In this document: positions 12,766 to 25,439 of the stretch, one piece after another
Numbering within the stretch: the stretch's first letter is position 1
Layout: each line of letters opens with the position of its first letter
Assembly (NCBI GenBank): GCA_039096225.1
Contig: JBBPEB010000030.1
Location: 806,001 to 870,000, forward strand
DNA: 64,000 nt
Reading direction: 5' to 3'
Source: Blastocystis sp. Blastoise
Taxonomy: Eukaryota; Protista; Bigyra: Opalinata
Program-made: the position numbers and the translations under genes
The notes under the pieces: generated by a model
Database searches by the model: none
What the model was told of the DNA's origin: nothing
The model's input: only the letters and a program-made list of their open reading frames with translations

Positions 12766-13680
12766 ATGTCTATTAATTTATCTAAAATTACTACTGAACA
12801 GCGTAATCAGAATACTAGTAATATTGATCAACTATCTACAGAAAATATATTGAAAGTGTTGAATCATGAAGATCAACAGGTACCATTGGCTGTATCAAAA
12901 GCAATTCCACAGATGGCTCCACTTGTAGATATGATTGTGAAAGCATTTCAACAAGGAGGTCGATTAATTTATGTAGGTTCTGGTACATCAGGTCGTCTTG
13001 GGGTTTTAGATGCTTCAGAATGTAAGCCAACATATAGTATTCCTGATGGGATGGTTCTTGGTATTATAGCAGGTGGTGATAAAGCATTACGTAATTCTAT
13101 TGAGAATGCAGAAGATAATAAAGAAGCAGCTGTCAAAGATTTGGATTTTTATAATATTTGTAATAAGGATGTTATTATTGGAATTACAGCGAGTGGTCGA
13201 ACTCCTTATCCAATAGGAGCTGTAGAATATGGAAAATCTCTTGGCTGTATAACTGGTTGTATAACGACAAGTGAGAATAGTGAGATTGCTTCTAAAGTAG
13301 ATTACCCAATAGAAGCTATAACAGGTTCTGAACCTATTACAGGATCTACAAGAATGAAATCAGGAACAGCACAAAAATTAATATTAAATATGTTGTCTAC
13401 TACTTGTATGATAAAATTAGGAAAAGTTTATGATAATTTGATGGTAGATGTACTTCCATTAAATAAGAAACTTATTATAAGATCTCAGAATATCATTAGT
13501 ACTATCACAGGTGTAAGTACAGTAGAAGCACAAGAAGCTATGAATAAATATAAAACTGTGAAGAAAAGTGTATTTGCATTAATAACAGGAGAAACAAATA
13601 TTAATGTGATTGATCAATGCCTAAATAATAATTATGGACATTTAAAAAATTCTATTCAAGATTATATGTCATCTCAATAA
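12766..13680 (+). CDS. murQ: N-acetylmuramic acid 6-phosphate etherase, intronless, bacterial-type
   Basis: 304-aa ORF with TEQRN, GRLIYVGSGTSGRLGVLDASECKPTY (first catalytic Glu), ENAED (second Glu), ITASGRTPY, ITGSTRMKSGTAQKLILNMLST and GKVYDNLMVDV. These are the diagnostic SIS etherase motifs. Confidence 0.95.
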   Translation: MSINLSKITTEQRNQNTSNIDQLSTENILKVLNHEDQQVPLAVSKAIPQMAPLVDMIVKAFQQGGRLIYVGSGTSGRLGVLDASECKPTYSIPDGMVLGIIAGGDKALRNSIENAEDNKEAAVKDLDFYNICNKDVIIGITASGRTPYPIGAVEYGKSLGCITGCITTSENSEIASKVDYPIEAITGSEPITGSTRMKSGTAQKLILNMLSTTCMIKLGKVYDNLMVDVLPLNKKLIIRSQNIISTITGVSTVEAQEAMNKYKTVKKSVFALITGETNINVIDQCLNNNYGHLKNSIQDYMSSQ

Positions 13681-14368
13681 TTAAATACTATCTATTATCT
13701 TTTTGTTTTGTTATATCAAATATATCTCAAGATGATTCATTTTTGATTGAAATACTAAGAAAACTCTTAGTTCTTTAAAAAATGATCTTTTATATATATA
13801 TAAGGAATTATATAATGATATATTCAAACAATTAATAGTAACAATTAAAACGGTTATAGCAACCAAAATAATCTATCAAACAAATATAATCAATCGAATT
13901 ATATAATGAGAGAAACAAGTGATAGTTAATAATTAATAAAAAAAGTAAAATTGAAAATAAAGATTAATAAACAAAGATAAAAAGAAGAAAAAAAAATAAA
14001 GATTAAAAAAAGAAGAGAATTTAATAAAGTGTGAGAGAGAACTACTATAATGTATAGAAAATAGCAATAAAAATGAAGGAAGCTATGTGAAAATAAAAGA
14101 GAACAAAGAAGACACACAATAATAGTAAAAACGTAGATAAATATAATTAATAAGAATGTATATATAATCCTAATGAATAAAATACAGTTAACAAATTATT
14201 AGAAAAACAGAAAATTCAATGAATGGTGTAGTATATATATAAAGTAATAGTAATAATACAATAAAAATAGAAGATATAAACTGAAAAAAGTTATTTTAAA
14301 TAATTTGATTTTTTTTTTATACAATAAATTATTTGTGTATAAACAAATATGTGTATATACATAAGTGT

Positions 14369-16645
14369 TTATACAGATTTCTTGGTGATAAGAAGAGAGT
14401 CATCCTCATTCGATTGGATTTCATCCTCATGATTCGACAATATTGATGTATCTGTGATTTCCTCGATAATAACAGATGACTTGGCTTTGGACATAACAAG
14501 AGGAAGTGATGAGTGACTCATATCGATATCGATGTCTATACCTATATCTCTAGAATCAGAACTATCTATATTTGCTGGTAATAAAGAAGAAGTTATTGGA
14601 CTCAAATCTTCTTTGATTTCTGTATTAGTATTATTATTATTTATATTATTATCATTATGTTTGTTATTAATAGTAGTATTATCATTATTAGTATTGTTAT
14701 TATTATGTTCATGATTAGTATTATTAGTATTAGTATTATTATTACTTTCATTTTTATCTGTAGTATCATTTTTATTAGTAGAACTATTTGAGAGATTGAC
14801 ATCTGATGACGACGTATTCGTCATATTGTGATCTAATCCCGCCAAAATAGGGTCTTGATCAAATGAAGATGGAAACACATTATATATATAGTTCGTTAGA
14901 GGGAAACGAGAGAAGTCTGAGATAATAGATCTATGAAGAATAAGCATATAGATTATATGTATATAAAGTATATGATCAAAATAATAATAATAATGATAAT
15001 AATAATAGTTATAATAAAAATAATAATATATAGTAATACTTAATAATTTCTTGTTGTGTGTTAATATCATTATAAATTGAAGAAGAAAAACCATTATCTT
15101 TATTATCTATAGATATGTAATAATATATATAAATAAAATAAACTATATAATATTACATACCTCTTGAATTTGAATTATTATTAGCATTAGTATTATTATT
15201 AGTATTATTATTAGCATTATTATTAGCATTATTATTAGCATTATTATTATCATTATCTTTATCATTATTATCATTTTTACTGTTATTATTATTATTATCG
15301 TTATTATCAGCATTAGCATTATTATTATTAGCATTATTATTATTATTATTAATATTAATATTATTATTATTATTAACATTATTATTATAGTTATTCACTT
15401 GATTGAACAGTGTAACTGTCGACGCATAAAGGACTTGAGTTAATGTATTAAAATCTAATAGTTCCACGGGATTACCTGTGGCTGATGTACGTGATTCAGA
15501 CATGTCGCCAGATTGTGTATTATTTCCACGGAGATTGGACTTCATATTTGTGGATTGAATTCTATTCGAATCAGCAAGAGAGGGATTTGCTGAGGCTGCT
15601 TTCTTTCTTGTGTCCCTTTCTGAAGACTTTTGAGTACGATCTTTATGGGTTGATTGTGAAGGAGTAAGGAAATAAGAAGTATATTCAGAAGATAGGTTAG
15701 ATATTTCTTTAAAAACAAGTGACTGGAAGATATTATACTCCTATATATATATATAATGTAATAAAAAATATATAAATAGAATAATAATAGTTGTAGACTA
15801 TAAATAATATACAGACACAAGTAATTTAGTTATAATTCCTGCTCCAATTTTCCCCATATAATGTGTTATACCTATTAATATATATAATAAGAGAAAGATT
15901 TGATATATACCTAGTTGGTTGAGAATGCCATAAATGCCCTCTAAAATCGATTTATTCCCGCCAATATAGAGGAAATGAATTTGTTTGATATAACTATATT
16001 TATCTACGGGCTCAGGGAAAATACCACAATCGAAGAAATAACAACTCTTTGAAGAGGCCAACTAAACAGATAATGATATAATGATATAATAATAATGTAT
16101 TAAATAATAATATCTTAAATAATAAAATACTATAAAAACAAAAATAAAAAATAATATAAAACATTATAAAGAGAAGAATCAGAGTATTAAATATGATTGT
16201 ATACTTTTTCCATGTCTCGAATAACTTTGGGTTTAATGGTACATATATCAATGAGAATCTTATTACTCTGAATGGTTTCAAATACTCCCCCCTCTCCTAT
16301 AAGGGCTCTGTAATATAGATCAGCATTCTGTATGTATACAGAGTTAAGAAAGAAAAGAGAGGTATAACAGAAAATAAAAGAAGAAAGAATATATATAATA
16401 ATAATGATAATAATAAATGTAATCATAAATAATAATAAATATAATAAATAATAATATAAATATAATAATAAATGTAATCATAAATAATAATAAATATAAT
16501 AAATAATAATATAAATGTAATAATAAATAAGATAATAATAATAATAATGGATATAGCAATAATAATAATATGGCAATTGGCAATCAGGTCTTCGAGTGAA
16601 TTATAAATCACAAGGTGACAAGAGGGAGGCAAAGGGACTTGATTA

Positions 16646-16697
<52 letters not shown>

Positions 16698-16943
16698 TTG
16701 AATACAAAAACAAAAATAAAAGAAATTCTTTGAGAAAGAGATAATTAAACTAATAATATATATATAAAAGAATATATATATAAAAGAATATATATATATA
16801 TCACATACGTTTGTATATCTTGATAAACGTCCTTGTTACTAACAGCGATATGATAACCGCGGGAAAGAAGCTTTAATGTAATAGAAAGAGCTGGTACTCC
16901 GATACCTAATACACCAATCTATATAATAAGTATAATAAGTATT

Positions 16944-16984
<41 letters not shown>

Positions 16985-17234
16985 TTCCATTGTTTGAGGG
17001 AGAATAATTACTTGACGAACTGGCTTCTTTTGAGTCTCTTTTACGATGGGTTGAGCTAGATAATAGTATAATAATAATACATATATGTATAATAATAATA
17101 TTTATTGTAAGTCATTATTTCCGTGATTATTCACCTACTTTCTTCTTTCGTTCTCTTTCGTCGCGGTAATCGTCCCATCATCTCATCATATAAATAACTC
17201 ATCTATATATATATATAAATAAATAAATAAATAA

Positions 17235-17265
<31 letters not shown>

Positions 17266-17971
17266 ATAAAAATATAAAAATAATAAAATATAAATATAAA
17301 CAAATAAAAATATAAAAATAATAAAATATAAATATAAACAAAAAAATAAATAAATAATATAAAAATATAAATACTAAATATATATAAATATGAATATACT
17401 CTTCCACTAATTAATCCTTTATGACCGTGTCCCCGCGGTAATCGTTCTCCAAATACTCTCATTTGTGTGTGACCTAATACATATCCCTTTCGCTGCTGAT
17501 CGCGACCATCGTAACTCTTCAAATATTCCAAATACTATATATATAAATATATATACATATTATGATTATACAATGAAATAAATATCTAATATATATATAT
17601 TCAAATATTTAAATATATATATATTTTATGAACAGTGATAATAACATGAATATAAATATATACAAGATAAGCACAGTATACTTCGACTTGATTCCATTCA
17701 TCATCTATCTTTAAATTTGAATTAATACTATACATAAAGATAAGAATTAAAAAAAAAATATCAAAAAAAAATATCGGTGTTAAAAGTAGTGTAGATGCAT
17801 AGTAATAACGAAGAAGAATAGCTAAACATACGTATGAAAAGGTTCACTAGGAACTCTAAAGTTTTCAGGAATTGTAATTCTTGTGGGAATATGAGGGGTG
17901 TTTGAACTATCGGTAGACAAATCTAAGTTTTCTATAGGTTCCTTATCACTATCATATTCAGAATTATCCAT
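14369..17971 (-). CDS. Degenerate beta-hydroxyacid dehydrogenase (3-hydroxyisobutyrate DH/GLYR1 fold) with N-terminal basic and C-terminal Asn-rich extensions
   Basis: Spliced core reads MEIGVLGIGVPALSITLKLLSRGYHIAVSNK...LIGEGGVFETIQSNKILIDICTIKP...YFFDCG...YIGG...HYMGKIGAGIITKLL, following the NAD_binding_2 motif order. Start inferred at MDNSEY. Contains an AT-AC intron at 16334-16554. Confidence 0.65.
16334..16554 (-). other. AT-AC (U12-type) intron in the dehydrogenase-like gene
   Basis: Donor ATATCCAT, branch TTCTTAAC (16343-16350), acceptor GTATAC. The phase-0 join gives LIANCHIIIIA-IQNADLYYRALIGEGG. Confidence 0.85.
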
Positions 17972-19067
17972 TGTTCGTTTGACTTGACGAGATTCTAAGT
18001 AACAATTATCAAAAAATAGTATTATAATTGATACCTTGAGAAGAATCAGCATTATTTGGACTGCTTGATTTTGTCTATAGGGTATAAATATGATTAAAAC
18101 ACGAAAAATACCAAACGATTATGTTGCATATTTATATAACTCTATCGGCAAAAACTGATATTACTGTTCTAAAATGCCACAAATAAAATACAACTTTAAA
18201 AGACTAGGTATAGACCTTATTTATGTCTCAGAAAAAAACAACAATCGAAATGGATGAACGAAATTTGATTCTATGTTTTGTTCAATTAACGATAGCCTCA
18301 GTAATAACCAAGGAAACTTTGAATGAATACAGCTATTTTTCATTTTCTTTCATACAAAATGTTCTTTTCAATTTTTAATTGTCTTCATCTCTTTCGTTTT
18401 TATTTTCTTTAAATATCTTTTAACTTATATATTGAATATTTTAATATTAGAATGATATGAGAGAGATATAAAATGATTTGAAGCTCAACAACACTCCATT
18501 CTAATGTCATTTCCTAATATTTTGATGAATCTCAGAATTCTATTGCTGAACTATCAGTATATGATTACAATAATATAATTGAAAATGAAAGAATGCAAAC
18601 ATAGATGTTTCATGTGTATAATTTGGTTTTCTTTATTATACATTACTTTATTTTTAATTCTGTGTTTGTTAGGAAAAGCAATACACTCTAAGGAATTCTT
18701 ACTGCTTTCTTTTGCTGATTAATTGTCTACTGGCATGTTTGATACAAATTGTTTATTTACTATGAAAGTGATGTATATTGTTTATAGGATTGTATGAAAG
18801 ATATGGGTGTTGAATAATTTAAAATATATGTATAATATGAGATATATACATAGAAATATATATGTTTTTTAATATAATAATTCAATAACATATTCACTAG
18901 AAGTCAAAACATTTAATTTCTCATATAGTCTCTATAAGATTTTTAAGTAAATTATGTTGAACATTTTACAAAAATATATTAATATAATTAGTAATAAATA
19001 ACTAAACTATGAAATAAACAAAATAACAGATATATATTTTTTGAGAGCAACCAAAATATATATTAAA

Positions 19068-20723
19068 CTATGTGTTATTAGAATGATATAAGTTCGAGAT
19101 ATCCATAGAATCACTACTTTCTGGATCATCTGATAATACTTCTTGTTCATATATATTCGAATTATTATAGGTAGAGTTTAAATTATGATTTGTGGTTGTA
19201 GAATTATTGATTGAAGGTGATTGTATAGTATTATATATAATATTATTCTGAGAATGTTGTGAATCCTCTTCAACATCACTCAATTGTTCTACTTCATATA
19301 TATCATCATCTGCATCGATAGGTAAATAATCAACATCATATTGAGAATCTAGAAGATATAGTAATAATAGGTATAATAATAGAATATCAATTATTATTAT
19401 GTAAATAGTATATGCTTTCTAGTATTACAATGAAATGAATATTTATTAAATATATATATATATACAATTTGATTGATCATGGGATTGTGATGATGAAGAT
19501 GCTAACTATATATATATATATAATAGTGATATTTCAACATTAAATATATATATATAACATTATATACAGTTTGAGTATAGAACGATGGAGGGAGATATGT
19601 ATATATGAAAGGGAGTTCTAATAAAGGATTCACAATCTTATCAATATATTTATATGTATATATATTAATATCTTTTTCACATAATTCAATTCGATTTGTA
19701 GAATCAACTGGCCTTTTCATTCCTTTTGTTTCTTGAGTTTCTAAAGAGGATGGAGTTGTAGCATAATCAGCAGAAATAGGTACTGAATATGAATTTATAT
19801 TTTTAGATTTGTCTATTTCTTTATTTGAAGGAGAAGGAGAAGAAGATAGGGATGATGCTGAACTAGTGGATTTGATAGGTAAACATTCTGTATTCTTTTG
19901 ATTTGATTTATTCGATTTTGATTTAGTTTTGTTTTCAGAAGAAGATTGAGTATTATCATTTTCAAAATTTAAGAGAAATCTATAATTGACTTGGTTCTCC
20001 TTATTATCGATAGTATTCATTTCATTATGACTGGAGGAATCACTATTAGGAATCAAATCTGTATTACTTAATATAGACATAGAATGATTATATATGTTTT
20101 GAGATGAAGAATGAAGTGTGGATTTTATACTATTTGTTATATGATTTATTCTTTTACATTTACTAGAGTTACATGAATTAAATGGTTCTGTTTCTGATAT
20201 AGATGCATTAAAATCAATATATCCTTGATCAATACCTCTAGTTTCACATATATTACGTATATATTCATATATCCATACATTACGAAGTATATTAATACTA
20301 ACATGTGCAAAGCAAGATTGTTGAAATAAAGTCCAATCACATCCATATTGATTCACAAATAATAATAATTTCACTATATCCTGATTCTTCCATCGTGAAT
20401 AATCACGGGAAATCTCTCTTGAATCCTTTATAAAGGAAGGCGTTGAACTCTTATTCGATAAATTCTTTATTCTATTTATATAAATAATAATATTCAATGG
20501 TTAAAATAATTCAATAATTATAAATAGAAGAATAATTATAAATAATTCAATAATTATAAATAGAATAATAATTATGATTAAATATATATATAAAAGCATA
20601 CCTATTTCTAATTTTCTTGATATCTTTATTAGGTAATAAATAATGTTGAATCAATTTCCATCGTCGATCTCCAAATCGTAATCTATTATATATATATATA
20701 TGAAATAAAGGAAATCCATAAGA

Positions 20724-20754
<31 letters not shown>

Positions 20755-23194
20755 CCTTTAGAGAGAAGTATATCTTCAGTAGCTGTGAAGAGAAGACGTC
20801 CGTTAGATCCCTCCCCGCCATGCATATTACCGCTACTGATAAGGGGTGTATATTCAGAGGAGAAATAAGAAAAAGAGGAGAGATATCCCTGATATTGATA
20901 AGGTATTACTGTCAGTAATCTATATATATATATAAAGTAATATATATACATAATATCAACGAGGCAAACAATTATAAATAATAAATATAATATATATAAA
21001 TAGATTATAATAAATATAATATATATAATAAATATAATAAATATAATAAATATAATAAATATAATAAATATAATACATATAATACATATAATACATATAA
21101 TAAATAAAATAAATAAAATAAATATAATAAATAAAATAAATATAATAAATAAAATAAAAAGAATAAATATAATAAATATAATAAATAGAATAAATCTAAT
21201 AAATAATAAATATAATAAATAGAATAAATAGAATAAATAGAATAAATATAATAAATAGAATAAATAGAATAAAAAGAATAAATAATAAATAGAATAAATA
21301 TAATAAATAGAATAATATAATAAATATAAAAAACATAGTGCCTACTTGGATGTAGAGGGATGTTGATTGATATACATAAGAAGTTGGTCGATGAGCTGGA
21401 AGTTATTGGGGAGTATGTCAAATATAGAAGGCAAATAGGCGCCTAAACTACGCGGTAATATCTGTAGAAGTATAATAATAATAAAAGGAATGATGTTAGT
21501 ATTCCTATTCTTATTTAATTCTTATTTATATTATTATAATATAATTGTTCAATAGATAATATATATTACATAATAATCGACATAAAATACAATAACAATA
21601 CATATAAACAATATTATAAAATACAATAGATAATATATATTACATAATAATTAACATAAAATACAATAACAATACATATAAACAATATTATAAAATACAA
21701 TAGATAATAGTAAAATAATAAAATATATACAGCATCAATTTGCCGTTTCCATTCATTTCGTGTGACTCTCTTGTTACTATTATTATAATATAAATACTTA
21801 TATTTATTAATATCTTCAGAAGGACAAGGTTGCAATGTTTTGGGTCGATTCCCACGGGACTCTGATACAATTTTACGTAGTAATTCAAGAAGACGAAGTA
21901 GTCTCATATGTAATGATTTATGTTGTCTATATATAATATATAGAATAGTATGATTATAATAATTATTATTATTATGAGAATGATTATTAATATATAGAGT
22001 GACTCCTAATAATAAGCATAGAAATACATGTCTAAAGACGTGAGTATAATCATTTGAATAAGTAACTGATAAAAGATCTGTAACTGCTTATGCAAAACAC
22101 TCATGTCTTGCTATACATATATATATATACTTTTGTAACATATATAAATAAATAGTTAAGGTAAATAAATATATATTAAGTATTTGTTGAATATAATAAT
22201 AGAATCGATATAGAGTAAGTATATTATTTGAGATACTAATGATATACCTGACTAAACATTTGAATAGGTATACATCGTATTTGATTATGAAGGATCTCAT
22301 CATATAGTATCGAATTATACTGATCCTATATAAAGTGTATTTTACATATCATATATATATGTTATATATGTTATATATTATATATATAATATATATATTA
22401 CATATTACATATTATAATATTATAAATCATATCTATATTTATACTTCTTGTAATTGTTCAACTTCTCTTTCAGTTATTCTTGAATAAAAAGCCTATATAC
22501 ATATATGACAAAATTAAAAAAAATAAATAAAAAAACTTTTTTAATATATATATACATCATTTTGTTCTTCTTCTTCATTTGGTTCATAATCTTCATCATC
22601 ATAATCTTCTTCCTCTTCTTCTTCTTCTCTTTTTTGTCGTTCTTCTTCTGATGTTAAATCACGAGATATTAATTTACCATCAGAATAATCCTGAAAACAG
22701 GAACGTAAGAAACGCTGATATCTATATATATATATAAATATATACAATAAAAAATGGAATCATTAAAATAATAATATATATTTATTAGTATACTCTTCTT
22801 TCTCTTTAATAATAGGATTGTCATTATTATAAAACTTATCTGATACCATATTCTGTAAAACTATGCTTTCTTCTTCATTCATTTGTTTTTTTGTTCTTGT
22901 TCTTTCAGCAATTGGACCTATATTTTGTGGATAATGATAAGACTTATATATTAAAGAAAAAAAAAATAGAAACAGCTTACCTCCTTCACGAATGCTTTCT
23001 GTAAACAATATGGGAGGAATATCAATAACTTCTGGTTCAAATTCAAATATCTAAAGAGTGAGTATAGTTCAATAAATATGTTTAATATATGAAATAACGA
23101 ATAAAAATACATTAAGACGAAAATCATTAGCATTTTCTTTTGTTGTAGGAATATAGTCTTCATCATCCGACAAAGAAAGATGATCTAAAGACAT
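19068..23194 (-). CDS. GON4L/YY1AP1/DUO3-like protein with Myb/SANT domains
   Basis: GPIAERTRTK, YQRFLRS, DEDYEPNE, ITEREVEQL, LLFTATEDILLSKGL..RFGDRRWKLIQHYLLPNKDIKKIRNR and a second SANT WKNQDIVKLLLFVNQYGCDW occur in the motif order of GON4L/DUO3. Start MSLDHLSLSDDED. Confidence 0.75.
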
Positions 23195-23264
23195 TTAATA
23201 AACTATTTCGAATAATATAGCCGTAATAATCGATTTGTAAAAAGAAAAAGATCAAAATGGAATC

Positions 23265-23342
23265 ACTGAAAGTAATTCAGTTTTTTTTTATTAGCCAAAA
23301 TGGATACTAATAAGCGACAAGAATCACTGAAATAGTTTCAGT
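23265..23342. promoter_or_regulatory. Two copies of the palindrome ACTGAA-N5-TTCAGT upstream of the GON4L-like gene
   Basis: ACTGAAagtaaTTCAGT (23265-23281) and ACTGAAatagtTTCAGT (23326-23342), each preceded by GAATC, 61 bp apart and about 70-150 bp upstream of the ATG. Confidence 0.45.
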
Positions 23343-23641
23343 ACTTTTGATTGAATCCTAAATGATTTACCGCGTTTTTTTTGGCTCCTTTTTATATATG
23401 GTTTTTAAAGTCATTTTATGTTTATTCATTGTCTTTTATAAATATTCATTAATTCCTTAGATTAGTCATTAATAGTAAGATATAATTTTATTTAAAAAAT
23501 ATTAAAAAATGTTGACTGACAATTGATCAATATGAAAAAGCCACCAAATAGACAAACAAGAATTTGTAAAATCATTATAAGTTATCGACAAGTACAAAAA
23601 CTCTTTTAAAAATGTATTTAAAAGAAAACTTCACACATTTC

Positions 23642-23868
23642 TTAATGAGCAAGTTCCTGAACAGTAGTGAAAGTTCTACCTTGTTTTGGCTTGACACCAT
23701 TAAAAAGATAACGAGGAACACCGTTTTCCCATAAGATATTAGCTCTTTCACGATTATTAAAGGTAATACTATAGTAATGTATGTAATAAATAATAAATAT
23801 AATAAAGAAATATACTTGGTTCCATCAGTGAATTCCATAGTTTTGGTATATCCTCTCTTATACCTATA

Positions 23869-23900
<32 letters not shown>

Positions 23901-24850
23901 TAATAATAATAATAATAATAAACATAAATATAATAATAAATAAATAAATAAATAAAAAACACCAAATAAATATACTTCCAATTATTGACTCCATCAGGAG
24001 AGTAGAAATGACCTCCAGACCAAACACCATCTTCAGAATGAGTTATAAAGTGATAACCAGTTTCATAATAAAAAGCATGGGCATCTTCATTAACACAATA
24101 ACCTTCATCCCAAGGATGATAGAGTACAGTTTTATTATGAAGATATTGAATTTCACTAGTATAATTTTGAGCAAAAGCAACACCTTGAGCTCTAATATCA
24201 CATTGAGAGTGACCATGATTATAACAATTAGTAAAATATAAATAGAATGAACCGTTAGGGAAGAAAATAGCAGAAGGATTACCAACTGGTCTCCAATCAG
24301 GATCAAATTCTTTCATTTTTTCTTCACCAACAAAAGGTTCAATGAAAGTCCATTCACCATTAAGATCTTTGGTATAAGCAATAGAGATTTCTCTTCTATT
24401 GAAAGGTTTCTTCCAACGAATGTAGAAAAGAACATAAGTTCCATCAGGAGCACGATAAATAGAAGGATTATGAGATTCAACATCACGAAGCATAGTCTTA
24501 TAAGTATAAGGACCTTGAGGATCAGTACTAATAGCATGAACAACAGTAGAATGGTTTTCCCAAGCATCTAAATCAAGATGATTTTCCATAACAGAAGTGA
24601 ATAAATGATAAAGACCATCTTCACCCTTGATAGCAGAACCACACCAAGAAGAATTATCTGCAGAACGAAAAGCAGCATATCTATTAGGATCTTGAGGAAG
24701 GAAATTAATCATAGAACAATCATCACCTTTAAACATCTTACCACAGATACAAGTATTATTTACACAACGACCAGCATAAGAACAATCTTCATTATTGTTA
24801 CAAGAAGCAAAAGCAATAGCTACTATGAAGCACAATAAAACAAATCTCAT
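23642..24850 (-). CDS. Secreted EGF-like + five-bladed beta-propeller glycoside hydrolase (GH43/clan-F-like), 3 exons
   Basis: Signal peptide MRFVLLCFIVAIAFA; EGF-like CNNNEDCSYAGRCVNNTCICGKMFKGDDC; motifs SSWCGS, GLYHLF, PQGPY, HNPSI, GNPSA, NEDAH and RERANILWENGVPRYLFNG; stop at 23642-23644. Confidence 0.75.
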
Positions 24851-25439
24851 TTTCTCTAGTACAGATAGAAGTACAAATTGACTTTACTATTTCTATATAA
24901 GAAAAGAAAAAATAGATTCTTTTTCAAAACAATATTATTTTTTGTAGGGTGTAGAGAAAGAAATGGTATTTAATTTGCATTTTCAATTACAAGGCATATA
25001 TTTGTGTTATGCCCCAATTTAAAAAAAAAATAGGTTTCCCTTTTTCCTTTTGGGCTTGATACTAAAATATCTATAGTTTTTTAAAAATAAAATAGAAAAC
25101 CCCAAAAAGTGTTTATATAATAATAGGGTTTTTTTCTTGATAGGTACATAAATAATTTGGTTTCTTCATATTGAAATTATCCAATAGAGTTTCATGTATG
25201 TGTTTTGAAGAAATAAATTTTGTTACTAAGATAATAGAAAAATAGGTATGGATACCTTCCTTAAAGTATCTATGATAGAAGATATTGATCTTTTTTATTA
25301 CTTAAACGCTTTTTAAATGAAAATCTGGATGGTTTATATATATAGTTATAGAACAAATATCATTTCATAATTTGAAGAGAACAACATGATAATAATTTGA
25401 TCCTTAACACTATGGACATTTTGTGTTTTTTTGACCCTA

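Noticed and set aside
11716-13680. Bacterial contamination as the source of the kinase and murQ genes
   Set aside because: They are contiguous with host-like AT-rich spacers and spliced genes on both sides, with host-like composition and 3' motifs. This cannot be fully excluded without read data.
25408-25422. ProtoRAG/Transib or piggyBac assignment for the TIR element
   Set aside because: The 5-bp flanks differ (CTTAA vs TAATT) and TTAA is present only on the left; only a 3-bp TAA duplication is supported. No RAG/Transib-like ORF is present.
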